DNA of 63,522 nt, counting the filler, from Hausera hauseri (taxonomy: Eukaryota), in the NCBI GenBank assembly GCA_046269625.1. It is 11 parts of 11 records of this genome, joined end to end, with 100 filler letters (N's around TTAATTAATTAA, not from the genome) between each part and the next. Parts side by side here need not be neighbours in the genome. Positions count along the whole stretch, not along the records: positions 1 to 9,257 come from JBJURY010415477.1; positions 9,358 to 15,479 come from JBJURY010137761.1; 9 more parts are not named here. One strand, given 5' to 3'. Of the stretch, positions 1 through 12,148 are shown one piece after another; the first letter of the stretch is position 1; each line of letters starts with the position of its first letter. The position numbers and the translations under genes are program-made. The notes below the pieces were generated by a model, which made no database searches, was not told where the DNA came from, and worked only from the letters and a program-made list of their open reading frames with translations.

Positions 1-1415
1 ATGCCAATTTTAAAGGCATCCTGGCATTCTGCTCGGGATATTATTATTGGCTCAAAAGGTGTTGTAGGCTCAATTATAGCCGAATTTCCCGAATAATAGG
101 CGCAATTAAACAGAAAAAACGATCTTTTCACGTAACATTCTCTAATTTTTATCTTTATAAACTCTGACTCTTGATATACCCAATATGTAAGGCCACTGGT
201 AGTTGTTAGTTGTTCTGGATCTGCTTCCGGACATTTCTCTAAATCAACTAGAGAATACTTTTGTCCTTCGCTAGGTTTTGAACAATCGTACGCTACTATA
301 CCTACGGCTTTAGGCATCAATAATGACGTTATTAATAGAATTTGTATAATTTCCATTATTGACATACCGGTTATACCTGATCGAGACGTAGTTGGTTGCA
401 TCCCAACTGGTCTATCTCTTTCTCGTTCTTCTGTTCTGGTTACATTTGTCGTCAGACTATTCAGCCATCCACCTCTACATTGAGCCCAATTTCCCAGGGT
501 ATCTTTCAGAATCTTCACAACTGTCTTTATATTTCGTTCGATTTCTTCTAGATTCTGAGTCTGATGGTTAATTACTATTATCTTATATAGCAAATAAGAT
601 ATAGCCGTTTGGGCCTTTTCCCGTGTGATGCCTGTGGCAAGCATTTTTTCCAAAATGTCTAATTCGTGCAACTCGTTTATCCTTTCTTCCTCCAGATTCT
701 CATAAAATTGTCTGCTTATTCGCAGCATACTATTACGTAATGTGTTAAATACTTCATCCGGAATTACTGCCTGCATGTCAAATGAGGCAAATGACGTGTG
801 CATCCTAGCCAGTAACGTTCTTAATAATGGATCTATGTCTACTGATTCTGGGGTACCATCTGTTCCTGCTAGTAATAAACGTCTTACTATTTCTTCATTT
901 CTATCTTTTTTATTGCGAATGTCGCTTATTTTTGTTCCTCTTGGCCTGCCTCTTCTCTTGGCGTCCGTTTGGACCGTAACGTCTTGTGTATCGCCCATAG
1001 GGTTTTCTACCTCATGTTGTTCCATTTCTCTTACGATTTCTTCCACTGTTGCTTGCGCTCTAGCCTCCGGATTTATTCCCGTTATATTTATCGGATTATA
1101 ATTCTCACTTCTGCATCCGATTCTCAATATTCTATCATATCCATATAGTGTCCTTCCATAGTAACTTAATCCATAAGGACTGGCTTGGTAAAATGGTTCC
1201 AGCTCCTCTATCCTTTCTCGTAAGGTTTGTATGTCATCGATTTCGTTCATCCGGATGACCCTCGTGTCTTGATTGCCTTCTTTTATCGTTATTCTGATAG
1301 CTTCGTTTCTTCCTTTCTCTTCTTCCGCAGCTTTGGCTAGTACAGTCCTAGCTATCTCTTTCACAGGACTGATGTCTTGGGCTAATAATACCAATTGGGG
1401 TAAAATTTCATTCAT
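1..1415 (-). CDS. Retroelement-type polyprotein (partial, runs off the window edge): Ubl-like domain + AT-hook + internal signal peptide + N-terminus of chuvirus-like class III fusion glycoprotein
   Basis: Hand translation gives a stop-free frame of ~470 codons, absent from the ORF track because it has no stop. Contains IRITIK..DDIQTLRERI..LSYYGRTL (Ubl pattern, ~1298-1080), KRRGRPRG (~959-936), hydrophobic MSIMEIIQILLITSLLMPKAVG (from 365), then IVAYDCSKPSEGQKYSLVDLEKC..ECYVKRS..IIEPTTP..C. Homologous to 40670-40320. Confidence 0.85.
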   Translation of the reverse strand, partial: MNEILPQLVLLAQDISPVKEIARTVLAKAAEEEKGRNEAIRITIKEGNQDTRVIRMNEIDDIQTLRERIEELEPFYQASPYGLSYYGRTLYGYDRILRIGCRSENYNPINITGINPEARAQATVEEIVREMEQHEVENPMGDTQDVTVQTDAKRRGRPRGTKISDIRNKKDRNEEIVRRLLLAGTDGTPESVDIDPLLRTLLARMHTSFASFDMQAVIPDEVFNTLRNSMLRISRQFYENLEEERINELHELDILEKMLATGITREKAQTAISYLLYKIIVINHQTQNLEEIERNIKTVVKILKDTLGNWAQCRGGWLNSLTTNVTRTEERERDRPVGMQPTTSRSGITGMSIMEIIQILLITSLLMPKAVGIVAYDCSKPSEGQKYSLVDLEKCPEADPEQLTTTSGLTYWVYQESEFIKIKIRECYVKRSFFLFNCAYYSGNSAIIEPTTPFEPIIISRAECQDAFKIG

Positions 1416-1443
1416 TCTTTCCGCCGTCACTTTACTAGTAATT

Positions 1444-2160
1444 ATCGATGTGCACTCATGTGCACTATCGATCGGCACATGTGCAAAATCGATTAATCGA
1501 TTACCCCGGGGGGGGAGAGGGACCGAACCGCCATTTCTACACTACTTATACAGATACACAAATGTGAAAAGTGCAAAAGTGCCATGGCAACGGTGCCCAA
1601 AGGCACCTCCACCTTGAGCATTTGCCGATCGGTAGTGCACCGCGTGCAATACCGACCTCTACATGTAACATGATAATTTTATCGATATTTCATTTTATAC
1701 CGGAAAGGCCTATGGGAAGTCTGCCTCACCTGGCATTGATTCGAAGTTTAATTGATGGATTTAAAATCTAATTGCACATTCACTTAGTGCATCGCGTTTG
1801 CACTCGATTGTAACCAGTGCCATGTGCTAACCATCAATATTGGAATTACCAGAAAACCGATATTATTGATTTTTGAACACTTGTACATGTGCAGTGCACC
1901 TGAAAAATGCACCGATCGATGTGCACTAATGTGCACATCGACTAGCACTTTGGCCCAATCGATTCGTGCAACTGTGTAATGAGCAACTATCGATTTGTGA
2001 AATGTGCAAAAATGTGATTAGCAGCGATGCCTAACGGCACCGTTGACTGGCACATTACAGATCGATAGTGCTTCAGGTGCACTACCGACTAGCACATGTG
2101 CAAAATTGATTTATTGATTACATCCCGAGGGTGGGGCAGAGTTCCAATTTTTCCCGTACT
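1444..2160. repeat. GTGCAC/ATCGAT palindrome-rich dispersed repeat (two ends, at 1546 and 2160); probable Polinton-type terminal repeat
   Basis: Aligns by eye with 9358-9535, 31151-32000 and 42181-42605. All copies end in ...TACT, which reads AGTA on the minus strand. Confidence 0.7.
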
Positions 2161-2405
2161 ATCCTCAGAGAACTTTGGATTCTCCGGTCTCTGAAGGTAT
2201 AGGAATTTTGGTGCATCCATTTGAACGTTTATAATTATTATATTGAAATTTTATTGATTTTAGTTTATTCTTAAATCACTGTTCTATTATGCATAGTGAT
2301 TGCCCGGTCCCACGCCCGGGGTGAAAAAATTAGAGGGACAGGAACTCTCCAACGATAAAACTTCTATTGCACTTATATTGTTGTGCATTTTCATAAATAT
2401 ATGCT

Positions 2406-2494
2406 GGTTCTGTTAATTGTAACGTTTATTGGCGCATAATCGATCGATGACGCAGTCGATAGGTAACTGCTTAGCTACTTATGACACCATCTAT
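2406..2494. mobile_element. Isolated terminal fragment (one TIR end) of the mariner family seen at 7310-8564
   Basis: Near-identical to 8476-8564 (gttaattgtaacgtttatt.gcgcataatc.atcgatgacgcagtcgataggtaactgc..). Confidence 0.85.
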
Positions 2495-2924
2495 AAATCA
2501 AATCGTTTACTATTTTAATTAAATTTAAAATTAAAAAGTTTTTAATTGTCATCCAAAAGAAGAATAATAAATTAAAACATTCAGTGACCTTCCAATGTTA
2601 AAAATCCTGATTTTCATGGATACTCACCTCTAAACTTGAAAAACTTGATAATTGTTACAAAAACACTACAATACTGTCTCAGCTTTAGCAGCAAGTAACA
2701 AGAAAGACTAATTCTTCAATAACTTTTATCTATTCACTAGATGGAAGCACTCTATAGGCCAGTAACTTCAATTTATAGTTTACATGCTGTATTAATGACT
2801 TGGCCAGTACTGTACATATTTGTTATCTGCACTTTTTACTTACTTTTGTCAATGAAACTGTTGATTTGAAAACATAAGGGTGGTTTAAAATATTGCTGAT
2901 ATCTATAATGCAATTCTTTAATAT

Positions 2925-3697
2925 GAAAAGTAATTAACGTTTCTACCATCGAATTCCAAAAGCCTGTGTAATCTATTAAACAACTTCTTATTTTATAAAA
3001 TATGTCCTATTCGCATCGATCACCTTCTGCCATCGGTCAACAAGGGAGTTCATGCCGCGTGAATAGAGGTCGGACTTTTTGGAAGCAAAAAACCGATCCA
3101 ATTCTATTTGTCGCGGGTCTTGTTTGCAATATGCGGTCGTGCGTTATCGTGGAGCAGTAGAATTCGTTTTCTGTTTTCCAATGAAGCTCGGGTTTCCAGC
3201 AAATTTTGGTGAGCTGTAGCAATCTGAACACAATAAACATCAGCAGAAATTGTCTGGCCTCGATGAAGATAATCCACATGGATGATTCCCCGTGAAGTCC
3301 ACACTTACGAATGTCTTCGTCTTTACATGCCTGGCCGTAATTCGTCTTCAAGGTTTTTATTTCAAGATTTAAAGCGACGAAACCAAAAACGTGCAACTTG
3401 GTCTGTAACAGAGTCTTCACTAAAAGCATTTCGTATTTTTCTTGCAGCTTCAGATGCTTTTAAACCATTTTTGTATTCATAAAGCAAGACAGTACGAATT
3501 TGAAAACTTGAATACGCCATTTGATGTTAAAAATAATCAATAATGAATTCGTGCTTTAGCTTGAACCTTTATTCTTTAAAACAAGCAAAACAAAAACTTT
3601 CGAAAACTACATAAAGTTTACATCATATTAATATGATTCCCCATTTTTAATGGTGTAACATGAAAAACGTTAATTAATTTTTTTCCGTTACCTGATA
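2925..3697 (-). mobile_element. Internally deleted mariner element (second family)
   Basis: N-terminal HTH (IRTVLLYEYKNGLKASEAARKI..WFRRFK) is joined to the catalytic part (GIIHVDYL..ILLLHDNARPH) and a C-terminal RWQKVI-like end. Partial TIRs (aaaa.taattaacgttt) at both ends. Confidence 0.8.
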
Positions 3698-3999
3698 TGA
3701 TGCCCATTCTCATCTTGAGAAGCTTCCAAATCAATAAAACAAGTCACATTTAAAATTAATTGATTAACACATTTGTTTGTAGATTCACGTTCTAGCCATA
3801 ATAAGCAATACTGGCCACAAGTAGTTGTCATCACGTCTTTATACTGGTTTATTACTGTTAGCAAAGGGGTTATATGAGGATATCCTAGCTTGATTTGACC
3901 ATTCATCAGCATGTTAGCGTATAATTCCAGCAAAAGGTTAGGTGAGGATATCCAACCTTTATCACTTGCCAACATATTTATGTATAATTACCTTCAATT

Positions 4000-5010
4000 C
4001 TTCTCATCTCAATTTTGTTTTTGTCAATATCCAATTCTACGAATACCGTGTTCCGAAGGTGTGATAGTTCGTAGCGGTAAGATTACCGGGGTAATCTGCG
4101 CCATAATCTTCTAATTTCTTACCAATTCGCCTCGAAATTATCTTAAGTATTTCGATCTTTATACATATATCTTGAAAGGTAGTTCTGCTTGCAACCTCAC
4201 TCTATTTGAATCAATATTTGCAAAACTACTTGGTTTCGATAAAGCAGATTTTGATACTAAAGGAAACGGAACATTGACTCAGTGATGTAATAAATTTGTA
4301 TTGCAGACCGCAACTGGACGGTGAGTTAGCATATTTTACAGGACATCAGTACGGAGGAAATTGGAAACAGACATGTCGATTTGCATTATTTTTGGGAAGA
4401 AAATTTGGCTTGCCGATGGCTAAAACTGTAGGTTCAGCTGCGTTGAAAGCTGCCAACAGATTCATTTGATTAAGCGGGCCGGCTAATTTTTCTCCCTCCT
4501 TTCGCATCCGATATAATATTTTGGACTATTCCTCTACTTTCGATATTAGGATCTTGTTGAAGTTTTCTAATTCCTTTTCTCTTTTGATGACTTCAGCTAA
4601 TTGCTGCTTTAGCTTTCCGACTTCTTCACTGAAATTTCCAACTTCTCATTAGCATGAGCAACCCATCTCTTGGCGAGATGAGGGCCGACAAATTTCGGAT
4701 CCTGTCGGTTAATAAATTCGACTTCTGCATAAAACTGTCACGGCTTTTCTTTCTTTGCTCATATTCCTTCTGCCACTTTCCTCTAATTCTTTCGCTAATA
4801 ACAATACTATCCTGCGTATTGCCTCCTTCCAAATTTTTGGCTAACTGCTATAGCCTCCGCTTTTTTTCTCTCTGGGCTTTTCAATTTCTGTTCCTGATGG
4901 GCATTTGTCGTTTTGTTTATTTCCACGGCAATTTTCGACATATTTTCTGATACTTGTCGCGCTTGATTCCTCTTCGCAATTCTGAAACTTGTGTCCGACA
5001 CTCCCATTTT
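4000..5010 (-). pseudogene. Decayed coiled-coil-rich coding sequence, unidentified
   Basis: Overlapping E/K/Q-rich short frames (e.g. EEVGKLKQQLAEVIKREKELEN) separated by frameshifts and stops. No family recognised. Confidence 0.3.
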
Positions 5011-6224
5011 CCACTACTAATGTTAAGTAATTGATATAGTAAAGCAAATTTAGTGGCTTCATAGTAATATTTGAATAATGTGATTAATTGAATCTCTTAT
5101 TCAATACGAATATAATAGCCATTGTTACATAGTGCAAAAAGCGTCAGACTTTTCTGGTTATTTTAACATTTTAACAAAAAATGAGGATAAAGTCGCCAAC
5201 TTTTGGCACAACCTGTATTATCAGTTATCAGGCCTTGAAAATTGTTCAGTCGAATTTGTATACGTCAAGAGCTCGAAGAACGCATTTTGCACGAAATTTG
5301 AAAAAATCTCAACTAAAGACATCAGAACCTCTTCGTATTCACTTTTCTCGGGCGCATCGAACTAATTACCGTACTATTTTTATACCTTAATTCATAGTGC
5401 CTCATAGCCTCTAGCGTCGTTTCCGGTGTGTTCGACTGTCCGGAATTACCAGCGTTACACAGCATTACGTAGTTCCGGTTCCACATCAGAAAGCTTGGTC
5501 AAAGCTTGTATTTGGCAACTTTTAATTCGACTGATTGTTGAGTTTCAAGAATAACGGGTTCATAAAGAAACTACATGACATAATTCTGATATTTACTAGG
5601 AGGCTGAAAAGTCTACATAAAATAAATCGTATTATTTTATAAAAATACTTGAATTAAATAGGAAACTTGATACTGGAGATCATTCTCTTGAATGATCCAG
5701 CGAACTGGAATCATATTCAGAATACGGTCTCTGACGACATTGAATCGCTCATATTATTATAATTCTTCGCGCACATTTTAAATGAAAATTAATAAATCAA
5801 CCTGGTATTTATATTGAATTGAAATTTAATGTCTTATACAATACCATTGAATTAAAAACAGTAGCTAAGATAACATAACATATTAAAAAGTAAAGCACTA
5901 TAATAAATATTTTACACGTTATCCCGTGTTAAGTAATGTAGACAAAGACTAGAACATTTTTATATGCTTAATGATCTTTATGTTCACGATATGGAGATGA
6001 AATATTTTCTTGAACTTTAACCACTTATTTTACACTATAATTTACTATTCGCAATTCAGGAAAGCGGTTTTAATTTTTAAGTAATTTAATTTTATTCCCA
6101 TCAATTTTATCATATAACTAAAATAAAGTATTTTTTAAGTTGAAAACTTTGTTAATATTATTAACAATATATGTTCGACAAAATCTTGTTTCCTTCATTT
6201 CAAGTTAGTCTATTTACTCAAGTA

Positions 6225-7138
6225 CGGTGCTCGCCATAAGTCATTAATACAGTATATTTTTTCTAATTTGTTTCATAAAATCATAAAATATACATATTAT
6301 CTAGAATGTTAAAATAAATTATCCGTTGCATTTCCACAGTACTTCTAATTAAACAACGCGATAAACTAATACTTCGTATTCCCACCCCTTGCCTTTATCA
6401 CTGCCTTTGTAACTAGGGTGGGTTGCTTGGATATTCTTAAACACGACTTCCCATAAATGAACTATGCTGGCCAGTTCAGTGTCTCACATCCATGGTCATT
6501 CAGAAATGCAGTAATCAGCCTTGATTTATGGCACGGAGCATTGTCATGTTGGAATACACTCCTCTGATCCAAAAAGCAAGCTGGCTAATGGCAGCATAAA
6601 GTCCTGACTGATTCATGGTGTCTTGCCACTTGTTCATCTGACGAACGGCATTCCAAGACATGCAATCCCAAACCGTAACCGAACCAGAACCATGCTTAAC
6701 TGTAGGCTTAACGCATTCTTGCATGAATTTCTCCTAGCCTTCTTTTCACGAAAGATCTTTTAGCACCACAAAACACTTCGAATGAACTCTTCACACCACA
6801 ATATATGCTTCCACTTTAGACCAGCATTTATCAGCCTTCTGATAGTTCTTGAAATTTCAACAGATGCTTACTGAAGCTCAGCTTGCAGGTCTGAGGATGT
6901 CATACTCCGGTTGCTTAGACTCATCCACACCGGCATCCGGTCTTTTCTGTCAGTGGTTTTTTTTTGGCCGTCCTTTCCTTGGCATATCAGCAACTGAATT
7001 TTTGGTTCGATACTTTATGATATTGGAAACCGTTATAACATTGATACCCATCATCTGGTCTACAGCCCTGTAAGATTTACCGCTCTGTACCTGTACCACT
7101 ACCATACGTCTTCCAGTGAAATTTTCCTATGTTGCCAT
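6225..7138 (-). mobile_element. Degenerate Tc1-family transposon
   Basis: N-terminal GKSYRAV..PRKGRPKK, central PTVKHGSGSVTVW, C-terminal AVIKARGGNTKY* (stop at 6366). TA-CGGTGCTCGCCATAAG terminus at 6223-6240. Many stops and frameshifts. Confidence 0.85.
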
Positions 7139-7309
7139 GTCTAAAAAACTAAAAATTTTCAAAATGACTAGAAATGGCCAAAATAAATAGTTTCAATGAA
7201 TTATTTAATTAAAATATACAAAATATATGAAATATGAATTTTATAAATAAATTGGACATTTCAGAAAAACAAGGTCATGACCTTCAAAGGCCCAATACTA
7301 GAGCACATA

Positions 7310-8564
7310 TAGAGGGTGAGTCAAAAGTAAGGAAGCAGTAAAGAGTAAAACATTTATTAACAAACTAGAAAAGATATAAGAAATTTCAATCTTCAAAATA
7401 CAATCCATTATGTTCTATGTTCTTTTGTCATCGATCAGCCAAATTTTCGATTCCGGTCCGATACCATGCAGCCGGCTTTGAGGCGAAAAACTTACAGACA
7501 CTCTTCTCGACTTCGTTAAGGTCCCGGAATATTCTGCCACGAAGAAAGTGAGCCATCGACCTGAAAAGATGGTAGGATGTGGAAAAAGTTTGATTCTATC
7601 CAGCTCCCGAATTTTTCCTTGCGTAGATCGGGCGGTGTGCGGCGGAGTGTCATCTTGCCGCAGCAGAACCCGCTTTCTGTTGACCATGGCCGGGTACTTT
7701 CGGACTAAGGCCTCATATATCCGTTCAAGTTGTTGATAGAGCTCAGCTGTGATGCCATGGTTATCTGGAAATAGATCAAAATGTACTGGACCTTCAAAAT
7801 TCCACCAAACACATAACATGACCTTGTGTTCGAACCGTTCCCGTCTCGCCACAGGTTTTGGAAGCTGTCCCGGGTCAATCCACTGATTTCGCATATCAGG
7901 ATTACGGAAGAACATTCACTTTTCATCACACGTAACTACACGTTTGATGAAACGCTCGTCCATCGAGTTTTTGAGTAGCTCCCGACAGGTGTCTGCGCGC
8001 CGTTTTGCCTGTGCTGGTGTCAATTCATGGGGGGAAACCTGACAGCTCCTGTTTACCCTGCCGAGCTTGTGAAGGTGGCGAACGACACTGGATTGTTATA
8101 TTCCAGTCTCTGTCGAGATTATGCGCGTGCTTGTGGCCGGAGTCGTCACAACAGCTTGGAGCACATCTTCAGAATCAACCGTTGAAGGCCGCTCTAAGCG
8201 GGGTTGATCGATGAGCTCGGTGTCGCCATTTCTGAATTTTTTGAACCATCTATTCGTTGCAAAAACGGAAATGACACCCTGACCTTCAACTTCGCAAATT
8301 TTTTCCGTGGTTTTACGCTTACTGCATCCCCGTTTCCAATAATGCCGCAAAAGTGCTCGAATAGCTATTTTTTCGATGTTTAATATAAAATCTATAAAAA
8401 TTGTTAAACAAAATCATATGACAATGTACATAATATATATGAAAGAGGATGAAATGAGCTATCGAATGATATGCAGGTTTTGTTAATTGTAACGTTTATT
8501 AGCGCATAATCTATCGATGACGCAGTCGATAGGTAACTGCTTTGCTACTTATGACTCACTCTAG
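7310..8564 (-). mobile_element. Full-length mariner element with frameshifted transposase (~8385-7386)
   Basis: TIRs gtgagtcaaaagtaaggaagcagt / actgctttgctacttatgactcac flanked by TA. HTH, PHEL, VTCDE, KVMLCVWW and GLYFED* motifs. About 1.25 kb. Confidence 0.92.
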
Positions 8565-8629
8565 TATTTTATGAATTTGCTTTAATGCATCAAATAAATG
8601 AAATACACATCGGCACCAAAATTTTGTCA

Positions 8630-9257
8630 CATAGTGAATCGAATGACATCATTACATTTTTCTAATAATGTATGCTTGATTGAGTTTTCGAGTTCGAATA
8701 GCTAATTATTCGACTTTTAAGCTCGATTGCAAATATCTGGCATCATAGGAAGATTCTATATATATGCATTCCAATCTATGTCTGCTTCAATATTTATCAA
8801 TTTTAGTGTGCTTCACTCTCAATTTCACCTCAATTTGACAATCAATATAAGAATTACTTAGTGTTTATTATGCACTTGTTTTAATACACCGCGGTGCACT
8901 TAACCGCACTAATATTCATCTGCCTATAGGTTTTCGTATATGAGAAATCGAATGACGTCATGAGATTCTTCGAACGATGTATGCTTGATAGAGTTTTCTA
9001 GTTCGAATAGCTAATTGTTCGACATAGATGCTTGAATTCGAATATCTGATGTCATATTCCTATTCAGCATATATGTTTTGCTATATGTGTGCATTATTAG
9101 ATTTATCGATTTCTGCTTCATTGGGCTTCAAATACATATCTTGTCTAATTCGAAATATTGATTTTATATCTATGTAGCACATTTTCATGGATTCATTATA
9201 ATGGATTATAGGGTTATCGTATATGAGGAGTCGAATGGCATCATTATATTTTTCGAA
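8630..9257. repeat. ~290-310-bp tandem repeat (2+ diverged units)
   Basis: tcgaatg.c.tcat motif recurs at ~8638, ~8948 and ~9231. gatgtatgcttga..gagttttc.agttcgaatagctaatt recurs in the first two units. Confidence 0.75.
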
Positions 9258-9357
9258 NNNNNNNNNNNNNNNNNNNNNNNNNNNNNNNNNNNNNNNNNNN
9301 NTTAATTAATTAANNNNNNNNNNNNNNNNNNNNNNNNNNNNNNNNNNNNNNNNNNNN
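9258..9357. other. Artificial contig spacer N44-TTAATTAATTAA-N44 (also 15480-15579, 20462-20561, 25881-25980, 31051-31150, 37322-37421, 42081-42180, 48347-48446, 54305-54404, 59469-59568)
   Basis: Identical 100-bp linker occurring ten times, with stop codons in all six frames. Confidence 0.99.
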
Positions 9358-9535
9358 CGATTAGCACTTTGTCCCGATCGATTCGATCAATAGTGCACTG
9401 TGCAGCGATCGATAAGTGAAAAGTGCAAAAGTACCTTTAGCAACAGTGCCTAGTGGCACCGTTGATAGGGACTTTTTGGATCGATTTATCGATCCCCCCT
9501 CGGAGGTGGGACCGAACCGCCATTTTCACATTACT
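9358..9535. repeat. Palindrome-rich repeat end (probable Polinton-type terminus)
   Basis: Matches 42384-42605 closely, including the caac.gtgcc-tagt-ggcaccgttg hairpin and ggaccgaaccgccattt..tact end. Confidence 0.75.
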
Positions 9536-9835
9536 TATGTAAATTCAGCATTTTAATTATTCTTTTCTGTATTAAAATTTTTTCTTTCTATACAACGATA
9601 TGGTATTATATATTGACATGTATTGCTACAAATACAATGTTTTTATTTCATGTTTTTGGAACTACATTGCGGCACTACGTTTGCGAAGTCAATAAAATAT
9701 AGTTATGAGATCTTCTTGTCAGTAAAGCGTCTTTATAAAGTCTCTTAATTTTGTGAAAATCACATTCAACCTTTAGGGTAATGTTTCTTTTACCATGTTA
9801 AATTAAAATTGAACATTACGAGGAAATTACCTAGC

Positions 9836-10082
9836 TGAAACATACACATCACAACTTGCTCATGTATACCATTCAGACGGTGATTTGGGATTTAATCATA
9901 CCGTTAAAGACGCTTATATGAAACAAAAACATCGATTGGTATGGGAAAGACGACATGGACCTATTTCAACCTATGCCGATAAGGCCAAGCAAACAGTTGA
10001 AAAAGAAGAACAGCCGGATATGATAAGCATATTGCGAAATAGTTTTGGCTACTCAAATTTACCCCGTAACATGGGACGGTGA
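9836..10082 (+). CDS. Possible terminal exon of an unidentified host gene
   Basis: Putative acceptor ctag at ~9832-9835, open frame (ETYTSQLAHVYHSDGDLGFNH..RNMGR*) in very AT-rich DNA, AATAAA ~15 nt after the stop. Confidence 0.3.
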
Positions 10083-10533
10083 TTCATTAGTACTAGAAAT
10101 AAAAATATTGTTAGTATAGAAATATAGTTGGCTACTGCTTGTTTATTTCTTTTTTGACGGCATTTTTTTGAACATTTCGTGAATGTTATTTAATCATTTG
10201 TTTTAAGTTATTATGTTGATCAATTCCATTGGGTTGTGGGTCACATAATTTGCATTATTCGAAAGATCACGTTCTTACAATCGTGTATATGGATAATTTC
10301 ATGAGAATTTTGTATCTACAATCAGAAAATGCTCATAATGTAAATCTGAAGAATGGAGATGCAATGAAAATTTCACGGATTCATTATTTTAAATACTATA
10401 TGTATAGAGTAATTGGAATGCACATAGTCAGTATTGGAATAATTTTTGCATTAGAGATATTTTACAGTCCAAGCAAATTATTAAGAGAGTTGTTTGAAAG
10501 AGTTTCTTACTAAATTTTCTTTCTAATTATGTA

Positions 10534-11433
10534 CTATGGTGAGTCAAAAGTAACGAAGCAGTAAAGAGTAAAACATTTATTAACAAACTAGAAAAGATAT
10601 AAGAAATTTCAATCTTCGAAATACAATCCATTATGTTCTATGGTCTTTTGCCATCGATCAGCCAAATTTTCGATTCCGGCCCGATACCATGCAGCCGGCT
10701 TTGAGGCGAAGAACTCACGGACACCCTTCTCGACTTCGTTAAGGTTCTGAAAGGTTCCGCGGCGAAGAAAGTGAGCCATCGACCTGAAAAGATGGTAGTC
10801 CGAAGGAGCAAGGTCTGGGTTATAAGCCGGATGTGGCAAAAGTTCTATTCCATCCAGCTTCCGAATTTTTTTTTGCGTAGACCGAGCGATGTGCGGCGGA
10901 GCGTTATCTTGCTGCAGCAGAACCCGCTTTCTGTTGACAATGGCCAGGTATTTTCGGACTAAGGCCTCATACATCCGTTCAAGTTGTTGTTGATAGAGCT
11001 AAGCTGTGATGCCATGGCCATCTAGAACTATCTCAAAATGTACTGGACCCTCAAAATTCCATCAAACACATAACATGACCTTGTGTTCGAACCGTCCCCG
11101 TCTCGCCACAGATTTTGGAAGCTGTCCCGGGTCCAACCACTGATTTCTCATATCAGGATTACGGAAGAAGATCCACTTTTCATTACACGTAACTACACGT
11201 TTGATGAAACGCTCGTCCATCGAGTTTTTGAGTAGCTCCCGATAGGTGTCTGCGCGCCGTTTTGCTTGTGCTGGTGTCAATTCATGGGGGACAAGTGGAC
11301 AGCTCCTGTTTACTTTGCCGAGCTTGCGGAGGTGGCGAACGACACTGGTTTGTGATACTCCCGTCTCTGTCGAGATTATGCGCGTGCTTGTGGCCGGAGT
11401 CGTCTCAACAGCTTGGAGCATAGCTTCAGAATC
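10534..11433 (-). mobile_element. 5'-truncated mariner copy, same family as 7310-8564
   Basis: TIR ctatggtgagtcaaaagtaacgaagcagt after TA. LVPHEL, QQDNAPPH and PAYNPDLAPSDYHLF (mariner D,D34D-type) motifs. Confidence 0.92.
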
Positions 11434-12148
11434 AAAATGTTAGTAGCGTTAATTCAATTTAATGAAGAGAATTTTTATTTAAAAATATTTTAAACAATTG
11501 TTTATATTTTTAAAACTATCTATTTGATTCTATTGAAATGATCGGGCTATTTACAATAGTGTCACGAAAAAGTTAACAAATTTAAAAGTGCGTATGATCA
11601 TTGGCTTTAAAAATGGAATTCCAACCAATAGTTTTTGAAATATGTATGGACAGTGGTTCACCGTCAAAAGCGCCAATGACAAAAAGTCCCGACAAAAGCA
11701 CATATTGCGTAATTCTCCTGTGACGAGAATTTAGCGCTTATCAATATAGGGCAAATTAAACCATAATTGATGAATCTACAAATTAGTGCCGCATTAACAT
11801 TTTACTCGTATAAGATACCATAATTGTCCCGCAACCATTTTAGAGAAAATTTACTCTATTACAAGGCAATTTTTCACTAATCTCCGCAGCCACCTAAATA
11901 AACATGGCCACACTGGTCCTAAATTGACCATACGTGATGTACATTACCCAAATTTTGCTACGCAACCAAAGCTAAATGCAGCAAATACATTTTGCAGACA
12001 TATTTGTAGTAATACGCATTTCTACGACGATTATCTAATTTTCCTGTCTATTGCTTATGCATTTGTATTCAAAATTTTCGTAACGTACCACTCATGATTT
12101 GAGTTCAACCATCTAGCAGCTAAGAAATACACTGCAAACACAGCACAT

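Noticed and set aside
742-1617. Plus-strand ORFs 742-1101 and 1273-1617, and similar hydrophobic ORFs elsewhere (40613-41059, 22612-23028, 42623-43003)
   Set aside because: Antisense shadows of real opposite-strand coding or low-complexity sequence.
9258-9357. Regularly recurring TTAATTAATTAA palindrome within N runs
   Set aside because: Artificial six-frame-stop contig linker. Adjacency across linkers and ORFs containing X runs have no biological meaning.
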